A stretch of DNA of 64,000 nt from an uncultured Verrucomicrobiae bacterium (GTDB taxonomy: Bacteria; Verrucomicrobiota; Verrucomicrobiia; Chthoniobacterales; UBA10450). The notes under the pieces were generated by a model. It did no database searches and was not told where the DNA came from. It was given only the letters and a program-made list of their open reading frames with translations. Location of the stretch: positions 160,001-224,000 of the forward strand of contig CAVSDR010000003.1 of NCBI GenBank assembly GCA_963726745.1, written 5' to 3'. Below are positions 56,857 to 64,000 of this stretch, one piece after another (within the stretch, counting starts at the first letter, position 1; each line of letters opens with the position of its first letter). A program made the position numbers and the translations under genes.

Positions 56857-59289
56857 TCATCTGCCTAACGAGAAATCCGCCTGCTCGCGAGAAAGATTTG
56901 GATTGTAGTAGGGATCGCATGCGATCACCTCCGCCCAGCGCTCGCGCATCACCTCGGTCTCGCGCGCTTCCACGCTCCGCCGGCGCGTGGCCGACTCGTG
57001 ATGATAAAGCTTGGCGAAGGGCGTGTAGACCACCAGGTAACCCGCGCGCCAGAGCTTCAAACACAGGTCGACATCGTTGAAGGTCACGGGCAGGCGCGCT
57101 TCATCGAACCCGCCGACCGCCTCGAAGACTTCCCGCCGCGTGAGCAGGCACGCGCCCGTGACCGCGCAATAATTCCGCGTCACCTGAAGTTGCCGGCAAA
57201 CTCCCGGCTCCTCCGCGCCAAAGCCGCGAAAAGCATGCTGCGCGATTCCGCCCACGCCCAGGACCACGCCGGCATGCTGGATGGTCTCGTCCGGGTAAAG
57301 CAGGCGCGCGCCAACTGCGCCCACCTCGGGACGCTGGACATGCTGGACCATCGCATGGAGCCACTCGCCCTCGATCACCTCGACGTCGTTGTTCAGGAAA
57401 AGCAGCCACGGGCAATCCGTCTGCTCGACCGCGAAATTGTTGATCGCGGAAAAGTTAAAGGGCCCCGGGTAACGCAGGACGCGGTGCGGGGTGCGCGCGA
57501 AATACTCCTGCGCTTCGGCGGTGACGCTGTCGTTATCCACCAGCACGATCTCGTAGTTCTCGTAGCTGGTCTTCTCGACCACGCTTTCGACGCAGCGCGC
57601 CAGCAGCTCGATCTGGTCGCGCACCGGGATGATGATGCAAACCTTGCGCGCCTCGCGCACGTCGCGCTTCACCCGGTAGGCATGCGTGGGCCAGTCGACC
57701 GTCACGTGTCCGGCTACGCCAGTGCGCTGGAGATGTTCCTCGATTGCTTTCTTCCCGGCTTCGAGCGCGAGCGGCTTCCGCCGGATGTTATCCGAGGTCG
57801 AGGAAGCGCTCCGTCGCCAGTGGTAAAGCACCCGCGGGAGATGATGGATGCGCTGCGTCCGCTCCGTCACCCGCAGGAGCAAATCGTAATCCTGCGCGCC
57901 ATCGAACTCCGGCCGGAAGCCCCCCACTTCTTCGATCAAACGCCGCCGCAGCACCGTCAGGTGCACGATGTAGTTGTAGGAGAGAAAAAAATCCGGCGAC
58001 CAATCCGGCTTGAAGATCGGCGCCTCCGGTCCTTGCTCGGTCAGCTTGTCTTCATCGGAATAGACCAGGTCGATCTCCGGGTTTTCCGCGAGCGCCTGGA
58101 CCACGCGGAAAAGCGCATCCGGCTCGAGCAGGTCGTCATGGTCCAGGAGCGCGATCCACTCACCCTGCGCGAGCGCGAGCCCGCGATTCGAAGCCACGGA
58201 AATTCCCCCACCCGCGGGCAGTCGCTCGTGCCGAATGCGAGCGTCGCGCGCGGCGATCTGCGGCAGCGCCGCGATCGTTTGCTCGTTCGTCGAGCCGTCG
58301 TCAATCAAGAGCAACTCCCAGTTTTCGTAGGCCTGCGCGCGGACCGATTCCACCGCCGCCTCGAGCCACTCGACCGGCGTGTTGAAGACCGGAGTGAGAA
58401 TGCTGATCGTCGGCGCGCAGGCAAACTTCGCCGCTTCCGCGCGCATTTGCGCGAGCGCTTGCGCGGTCGGCTGCTGGCGTTGCAGCCACGCTTGATATGC
58501 ACTGGCGCTCGCCGTCTCAGTTTCCCGGCGGCGCGGCTTTGGCGGCGCATCGCCCTGGAGGCGTTTGCGCACTTCGCGGAAGAGCTTTTGCGGCAGTCGA
58601 TAGGGCGCAAGGATCACCTGGCCGACCTTGCGCTCGGGACATTTCCGCAGCGCCTGCTTCTCCTGCTTCAGCTGGCGGACGGTTTTCTTGGCCTCCTTCA
58701 AGGCGAGCACTTTTTCCTCCAGCTTCGCGATGTGGCGATCGGCCGCTTCCAGCTCCGACATCCGCGTGCGCAAGGTCCGCTCGAGCGCCCGCTGGCGCTG
58801 GCTGGCGCGCGCAATCGCCTGCTCGACCGAGGCGATCGCGGCGGAGCCATCGGCTTCCGGCCGCCGCACCAGCAAGAGCGCGCCCGCCTCGAACTCGCTC
58901 ACGTCGAAATCGTAATCCGGGACGAAGCCGAGCCGCTGGAATTGCTCGACCAAAGACGGCCGCTGGCGCGCGACCTCGGCCGCCGGGCCGGGGACGAGCA
59001 CGATGGTTTGCGCGGCGGCGGCCAGCGCGCGCACCGCCGCCTCCTCGCTCCCGACGTTCTTCGGGTAAAGCCAGATGAGAATGTCGGCTAACGAGTGGTG
59101 TCGGTTCTCCGGGAGGGCCTGGCGCAGGTCTGCCGGCTCCGCAAAGGTGGGCAGGCCCGCGAGGGGAATCTCCCCCGCTTCCGCCGGCCAGCCGACGACC
59201 GCAAGCCGCGCGCTCCCGAACTTGCCCGCGAGGAGACGCGCGAAATCCGAGCGGAGCGAATGACTCGGCGGCTGCAGCACGGGGGACAT
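56857..59289 (-). CDS. glycosyltransferase with N-terminal domain, coiled coil and two GT2 domains
   Basis: ILTPVFN..IDDGS..LDHDD; IIIPVRD..VDNDS..LNNDVE..NDVDLCL. Confidence 0.92.
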   Translation of the reverse strand: MSPVLQPPSHSLRSDFARLLAGKFGSARLAVVGWPAEAGEIPLAGLPTFAEPADLRQALPENRHHSLADILIWLYPKNVGSEEAAVRALAAAAQTIVLVPGPAAEVARQRPSLVEQFQRLGFVPDYDFDVSEFEAGALLLVRRPEADGSAAIASVEQAIARASQRQRALERTLRTRMSELEAADRHIAKLEEKVLALKEAKKTVRQLKQEKQALRKCPERKVGQVILAPYRLPQKLFREVRKRLQGDAPPKPRRRETETASASAYQAWLQRQQPTAQALAQMRAEAAKFACAPTISILTPVFNTPVEWLEAAVESVRAQAYENWELLLIDDGSTNEQTIAALPQIAARDARIRHERLPAGGGISVASNRGLALAQGEWIALLDHDDLLEPDALFRVVQALAENPEIDLVYSDEDKLTEQGPEAPIFKPDWSPDFFLSYNYIVHLTVLRRRLIEEVGGFRPEFDGAQDYDLLLRVTERTQRIHHLPRVLYHWRRSASSTSDNIRRKPLALEAGKKAIEEHLQRTGVAGHVTVDWPTHAYRVKRDVREARKVCIIIPVRDQIELLARCVESVVEKTSYENYEIVLVDNDSVTAEAQEYFARTPHRVLRYPGPFNFSAINNFAVEQTDCPWLLFLNNDVEVIEGEWLHAMVQHVQRPEVGAVGARLLYPDETIQHAGVVLGVGGIAQHAFRGFGAEEPGVCRQLQVTRNYCAVTGACLLTRREVFEAVGGFDEARLPVTFNDVDLCLKLWRAGYLVVYTPFAKLYHHESATRRRSVEARETEVMRERWAEVIACDPYYNPNLSREQADFSLGR

Positions 59290-59359
59290 TATATTGATTG
59301 AAGGGGCGCGCAGGCAAATTTACGGTGCCGCGCCCGCGCCCGCTGCGCCGGCCGCTCGC

Positions 59360-61240
59360 ATGCTCGACCTCGGCATCTACCTTTTCTACCGGCTCGTGAC
59401 CGGTCTCGTGAGCGCGCTCCCCCTGCGGTTTCTCTTCTCGTTAGGCCAATTCCTCGGCCTGCTCGCCTGGTTCGTCTCGGGGAAATATCGCCGCCTGGCG
59501 CAGCGCAATCTCCGCATCGCATTCCCTGCGGAAACAGCCGGCAACTTGCGCGCGCTCAGCCGCCAGCATTTCCAGCGTCTGGGCGCGAACCTCCTCTGCA
59601 GCGTCAAGCTCGGGACCATGCCGCTCGCGGAAGTCGCGGAGCGCGTCACCCTGGAAAATGCCGACGCTTTGCACGCGCCGCTGCGCGCCGGCCGCGGCGT
59701 CGTCCTGGCCCTGAGTCACTTCGGGAGCTGGGAACTTTTCGCGCAAATCTTTACCCACCACTTCGGCTACGCGCCCATCAGCACCGTCTTCCAGCCGCTC
59801 GCGAACCAGCGGATCGACGCCGATGTGCGGCAAAAGCGCAGCCGCTCCGGCGCGATCTTGTTCGACCGGCGCGACGGTTTCCAGAAGCCGATGGAATTGC
59901 TCCGGCGCGGCGGTTTGGTCGGCGTCCTTTGCGATCAACACGCCGGCGACCAGGGCCTTTGGACGCCGTTTTTCGGCCGGCTCGCTTCGACCACACCGCT
60001 GCCGGGATTGCTCGCGCGACGCACCGGCGCGGCCGTGATCGTGGCCGCGATTTACACCGAGACGCCGGGACGGTGGCGCATGGTTTTTGCGCCGCCGCTA
60101 AATGACGCCGGCGACTCCGTGGAGGCGATCACCGCAAAGGCGAATGCCGCGGTCGCGGAGCAAATCCGGCGCGCGCCGGCGGATTGGTTTTGGGTGCACA
60201 ATCGCTGGAAAACGCCGCGGCCAAATTTCCTCCTCGCGCGCTACAAACGCGGCGTCTATTTGCCGGCAGATTCTCCCGCGGAAACGTTGCAACCCTTCCG
60301 CATTCTGGTGCGCGCGAGCAACTGGCTGGGCGATTGCATCATCAGCGCGCCCGCGGTGCGCGCGCTCAAGCGCGGCCGTCCCGATGCCCACGTGACCGTA
60401 GCCGTGCCGGCCAAACTTGCGCCGGTCTGGCGGCTCATCCCGGAGGTCGACGAAGTCCTGCCGTTGCCCTCGAAAAGTTTGTGGGAAACGCGCCGGCTTT
60501 TCGCGCGGCAAAAGCCGTTCGACGTGGCCGTCTTGCTGCCAAATTCCCTCCGCGTCGCGCTCGAGGCCTGGGGCATTCCGCGCGTGGTCGGCTTCCGCGG
60601 GCACCGGCGCGCCTGGCTGCTCGACCAGATCGTCCCGCCGCGCGTGGTCGCCGGGCCGATCGAGCACCAGGTGCGGCATTACCTCCATCTGGCGCGCGAT
60701 CTCGGCGCGAAAACAGACAGCGCTTTGGATGCCAGGCCGCGCCGCCTAACGAGTGGTCGCCGGCTGGGCCTTTGTCCGGGCGCGGAATACGGCCCGGCGA
60801 AGCGCTGGCTCCCGGAGCGTTTCGCAGAAGTGGCGGCGGCTTTCCCGGATCGAGAGTGGATCCTTTTCGGCACCGAGAAGGACGCCAGGGCGGGCGCAGA
60901 AATAGCCAGCACTTTGGGCGCGCGCGCCGTCAACCGCATCGGCCAGACGACGCTCGAGGAGCTGATCGCGGAGCTGCAAGAATGCCGGCTCTTATTGACG
61001 AACGACACCGGCACGATGCATCTCGCGACGCTGCTCGGCGTGCCCGTGGTCGCGATTTTCGGCTCGACCGAGGACCGGCTCACCGGTCCGCTCGGCCCCG
61101 GAAATCTCGTCGTGCGCCATCACGTCGCCTGCAGCCCTTGTTTCCTGCGCGAGTGCCCGATCGATTTTCGCTGTATGACCGAGGTGACCGCGGAGGAAGT
61201 GATCGCCGCGGTGCGCGCGCAGCTCGCACTCCCGGAGTAA
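59360..61240 (+). CDS. lipid A secondary acyltransferase (LpxL-like) fused to heptosyltransferase II (WaaF-like, GT9)
   Basis: HFGSWE, CDQHAG, WFWVHNRWK; NWLGD, CPGAEYGPAKRW, TNDTGTMHLA, CSPCFLRECP. Confidence 0.92.
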   Translation: MLDLGIYLFYRLVTGLVSALPLRFLFSLGQFLGLLAWFVSGKYRRLAQRNLRIAFPAETAGNLRALSRQHFQRLGANLLCSVKLGTMPLAEVAERVTLENADALHAPLRAGRGVVLALSHFGSWELFAQIFTHHFGYAPISTVFQPLANQRIDADVRQKRSRSGAILFDRRDGFQKPMELLRRGGLVGVLCDQHAGDQGLWTPFFGRLASTTPLPGLLARRTGAAVIVAAIYTETPGRWRMVFAPPLNDAGDSVEAITAKANAAVAEQIRRAPADWFWVHNRWKTPRPNFLLARYKRGVYLPADSPAETLQPFRILVRASNWLGDCIISAPAVRALKRGRPDAHVTVAVPAKLAPVWRLIPEVDEVLPLPSKSLWETRRLFARQKPFDVAVLLPNSLRVALEAWGIPRVVGFRGHRRAWLLDQIVPPRVVAGPIEHQVRHYLHLARDLGAKTDSALDARPRRLTSGRRLGLCPGAEYGPAKRWLPERFAEVAAAFPDREWILFGTEKDARAGAEIASTLGARAVNRIGQTTLEELIAELQECRLLLTNDTGTMHLATLLGVPVVAIFGSTEDRLTGPLGPGNLVVRHHVACSPCFLRECPIDFRCMTEVTAEEVIAAVRAQLALPE

Positions 61241-61241
61241 G

Positions 61242-61661
61242 ATGGAGGCGATGAAGTCCGAGACGCCGCGCATTCGCACCGAGGTGCAGGTGATGTTTTT
61301 CGACACCGACTGCGCGGCCGTGGTGCACAACATCGCCTACCTGCGTTTCATCGAGACTGCGCGCACCTTGCTCGCGGAGCAGCTCGGGCTCGAGCTCGTG
61401 CAGATGGGCGAGGAGAAAAAATATCCGGTGGTTGTGCGCACCGAAATTGATTACCGCCGCCCCGCGAAATTAGGCGACAAGCTGGTGGTCGAAGGCTGGC
61501 TCGACCGGATGGAGCGGGTGCGCTTCTGGTGCGGCTTCCGCATCACCCGCCCGGCGGACGAGACGCTGATCGTCGAGTGCCGGCAAAGCCTGGCGATCGT
61601 CGAAATGCCCTCGGCGAAACTCCTGCGCCTCCCGGAGGATTGGGAAAAATTCCGCGCCTAA
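61242..61661 (+). CDS. acyl-CoA thioesterase (4HBT/YbgC family)
   Basis: DTDCAAVVHNIAYLRFIE, IDYRRPAKLGD. Confidence 0.9.
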   Translation: MEAMKSETPRIRTEVQVMFFDTDCAAVVHNIAYLRFIETARTLLAEQLGLELVQMGEEKKYPVVVRTEIDYRRPAKLGDKLVVEGWLDRMERVRFWCGFRITRPADETLIVECRQSLAIVEMPSAKLLRLPEDWEKFRA

Positions 61662-61667
61662 CGAACG

Positions 61668-63308
61668 ATGGCCGCCGGCGCCCACACCTTTGCCTTGGGA
61701 GAAACGCTCCTGGAGCCGCAGGTGCTCCCGCCGCCGCCCACGCGGCACGCGCTCCTGGCTTTCCTGCTCGCGCTCGCTGCCATTCTTCATCTCGGCACCG
61801 CTGGCTGGAGCGAAATTCACAACGGCCCCGAGGGCTATTACGCAGGCGCGGCCCGGGAATTGATCGCGCACCCGGCGGAGGCCGGCAGACTCCCACATGA
61901 TCCCCCGCTCCTGCTTTGGCTGCTGCTGGGTTCGCTGAAAACCTTTGGGCTCTCGGCGATGGCTGCGCGGGTGCCGATCGCACTCGCGAGCATCAGCGCG
62001 GTCGCCTTCACTTTTCTTATCGGCGAACGGCTGGCGGATTACTGGCGCGGCTTTCTCGCCGGGCTGCTGCATCTTTGCTCGTTAGGCATGTTCGTCTGGG
62101 GGCGGCTGGTCGCGCCCGAGCCGCTCTTCGCCGCAATTCTCGGCGCGGCGCTCTTCTGCGCGGTCTGCGGCTACCAACGGCAACGCCGGCGGCAATGGTG
62201 GTTCACTGGAGTCTGGCTCTGCGCTGGTCTCGCCGGGCTGGCGAAAGGTCCGGCTGGGCCGCTCTACCTGGGCGCGATCCTGCTGCTGCTCGCGCTTCCT
62301 TTTCGCGAAGCGCGGTTGCGTTTTCGCCAAATCTTCCGCTGGCCCGGCCTGCTGCTTTTCGCCGCTCTGCTGGCGGCCTGGCCGCTGTGGCTACGCTGGA
62401 TGTCGGTCGAGACGCCGGGCGTCTGGTTCCTCCCCTTCGCGGTCAATTTCCGCGAGCCGCAGGCCTTGCGGCTGGCGCGCTTCCTCGCGACTCATCTCGT
62501 CTGGTGGTTTCCGGCGTGGACGCTCATCCTGCCGGGTCTGCTTTTCGCGTGGAGGAAAATTATCCGGCCACATGAGTTCGGCTTCGCCGAGGCGTTGCCG
62601 CTCGTCTGGATGGCAGTCGGCTTCGTCCCGTTCCTTTTTCTCCCGGCGCGCAACGAATACCATTCCGTCGCGATGTGGAGCGGGCTCGCGCTCTGGGCCG
62701 CGTGCGCCTGGGAGCGCATGCCGCCGCGGCTGCGGACCGCCGGCCTGGCGATGACCGCGGCCGGCGCGCTCTTCATGGTCGCGGCCACTTTTGGGAAATG
62801 GCTTCCGCGCTTGCTGCCGGCGCCCGCGTGGGAGCCAGCGCTTTGGGTGGTCGCGTCCATGGCGGCAATCCTGTGCGCAGCTGTGGCGGTGGCGGCGTTT
62901 TTCGTGCACCGGCAACGGGATACCCTCGCGCTCACGATCGTGCTCCTGGCGGTCGCGCCGGCGGGCTTGAGCATCGCCGAGGCGATGGTGCGCTTTGAGC
63001 CGGAGCTTTCCTTCGCGAGCGCGGTTCGCTTTCTCGAACCGCGCCTGGGCGAACGCGGCGAGGTGCTTTTCGAGGGCAACGCCCGTAGCGGCAGCAGCCT
63101 GCGTTTTTATCTCGATCGGCCATTCACCCTCGTGGCCCCGGCGACGACCGCGCAAGCCCTCGAGCGCATGCGCGCGCCGCATCCGGTTTACCTGATCGTG
63201 GAGAAATCGCGGCTGGTCCTGTGGCAGGCGCGTTTAACCAGCGAGTTCCACGTTTTCCACCAGGAACACACCTGCGGGCGGCACGTGATTCTGAGCAATC
63301 AGCCCTGA
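61668..63308 (+). CDS. ArnT/PMT-like (GT-C) membrane glycosyltransferase
   Basis: EGYYAGAARE, PPLLLW, LAKGPAG; multi-TM. Confidence 0.8.
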   Translation: MAAGAHTFALGETLLEPQVLPPPPTRHALLAFLLALAAILHLGTAGWSEIHNGPEGYYAGAARELIAHPAEAGRLPHDPPLLLWLLLGSLKTFGLSAMAARVPIALASISAVAFTFLIGERLADYWRGFLAGLLHLCSLGMFVWGRLVAPEPLFAAILGAALFCAVCGYQRQRRRQWWFTGVWLCAGLAGLAKGPAGPLYLGAILLLLALPFREARLRFRQIFRWPGLLLFAALLAAWPLWLRWMSVETPGVWFLPFAVNFREPQALRLARFLATHLVWWFPAWTLILPGLLFAWRKIIRPHEFGFAEALPLVWMAVGFVPFLFLPARNEYHSVAMWSGLALWAACAWERMPPRLRTAGLAMTAAGALFMVAATFGKWLPRLLPAPAWEPALWVVASMAAILCAAVAVAAFFVHRQRDTLALTIVLLAVAPAGLSIAEAMVRFEPELSFASAVRFLEPRLGERGEVLFEGNARSGSSLRFYLDRPFTLVAPATTAQALERMRAPHPVYLIVEKSRLVLWQARLTSEFHVFHQEHTCGRHVILSNQP

Positions 63309-63390
63309 GCCGTCGCCCTGCGATCTCTGGTTGAAAACCGGGGCTTGCCGGCTACTGTGCGGGCTCACTTTTCCTCAGGAACCGAATCTT

Positions 63391-63546
63391 ATGTCCCAGC
63401 ATCGCAGCCTCAAAGGCGCCAGCACCATCACCGCGAAACGCAACGTCCTGAAACGATTCGAGCGCGTCGACCTGCTCAAGAAGCGCGGGCAGTGGAAGAG
63501 CGAGCAGAAGGTCCTCGGCCTGCCGAAGACCAAGCCCGACGCCTAA
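63391..63546 (+). CDS. PVC-type small basic protein
   Basis: MSQHRSLK..KRNVLKRFERV..LKKRGQW..VLGLPK matches the Chlamydiae/Verrucomicrobia/Planctomycetes signature protein as I recall it. Confidence 0.88.
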   Translation: MSQHRSLKGASTITAKRNVLKRFERVDLLKKRGQWKSEQKVLGLPKTKPDA

Positions 63547-63588
63547 GGTCGCTCGCCTCGACGCAGCGAGGCGGCTACAGTTCCCGGC

Positions 63589-64000
63589 GTGCGCCTCAAT
63601 AAATTTCTCGCCGCGGCCGGGGTCGGTTCGCGGCGTCATTGCGACGAGCTCATCGCCGCCGGCCGGGTCACGGTCAATGGCCGCGTCTGCGAGGATTTCA
63701 GCTACCAGCCGACGGCGACCGATCACGTCAAAGTAGGCAGCAAGATGGTGCACGCCGAGCGGCGGCTCGACATTATCCTGCACAAGCCCGCCGGCTTCGT
63801 TTCCACCCGGAGCGACCCGAATGCGCGCGATACGATTTTCGATCTCCTCCCGCCGAAAATGCCGCGCCTGTTCAACGTGGGCCGGCTCGACACCCAGAGC
63901 GAAGGCCTGCTCATCCTGACGAATGACGGCGAGCTCGCGCAACGCCTGACGCATCCGCGTTACAAGGTCGACAAGGAATACGAGGTCACGCTCGACAAAG
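63589..64000 (+). CDS. RsuA/RluB-family pseudouridine synthase (partial)
   Basis: RLNKFLAAAGVGSRR S4 domain; HKPAG, VGRLDTQSEGLLILTNDG. Confidence 0.93.
   Translation, partial: MRLNKFLAAAGVGSRRHCDELIAAGRVTVNGRVCEDFSYQPTATDHVKVGSKMVHAERRLDIILHKPAGFVSTRSDPNARDTIFDLLPPKMPRLFNVGRLDTQSEGLLILTNDGELAQRLTHPRYKVDKEYEVTLDK

Larger units (their letters stand above)
351..62086. repeat. dispersed over-represented 8-10-mer CCTAACGA (consensus GCCTAACGAG), 30 exact copies found
   Basis: Plus: 351, 895, 5563, 7397, 9050, 11355, 13859, 14468, 21569, 22361, 23342, 24105, 43723, 47299, 48422, 56102, 56864, 60745, 61657. Minus (TCGTTAGG): 4448, 5906, 14769, 30367, 33297, 40727, 41000, 44057, 44621, 59438, 62079. 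Confidence 0.9.

Noticed and set aside
1..64000. Abundant CTCGAG, CGATCG and GCGCGC words
   Set aside because: Plausibly explained by common GC-rich codon pairs (CTC-GAG, GCG-ATC-G). I could not establish an excess by eye, unlike CCTAACGA; a Markov-model count would settle it.

Overview
A GC-rich (about 65% by eye) housekeeping stretch of a Verrucomicrobiota chromosome, probably Chthoniobacterales/Spartobacteria. The assignment is inferred from the PVC-type small basic protein, a PEP-CTERM protein and the protein styles. There are about 58 CDS and one tRNA-Arg(CCG): panB-folK-dapB-dapA-dapF-trpA; an MBL-nuclease/ATP-dependent ligase fusion; STAS-PP2C-grpE-dnaJ; a giant secreted endonuclease I; rsmE; rplS-rnhB-yraN; trxA-rimO-rodZ-ftsK; plsC-cmk-aroA; signalling genes; a dynamin-like GTPase; nadB-panC; and LPS genes including an LpxL-WaaF fusion. 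I saw no prophage, transposase or CRISPR array. The most striking unexplained signal is a non-palindromic DNA word, CCTAACGA (consensus GCCTAACGAG). I counted 30 exact copies by eye against roughly 1 expected. It lies on both strands, inside genes in all six reading frames, and coincides with rare TTA/CTA/AGG codons. That pattern resembles a DNA-uptake-sequence-like or chromosome-organising site. Also notable are many leaderless-type promoters, a C-terminal domain shared by two large secreted proteins, a 21-bp tandem array and several intergenic simple-repeat or inverted-repeat elements. Several single-base insertions in homopolymers point to assembly errors rather than pseudogenes. All counts and alignments were done by eye.
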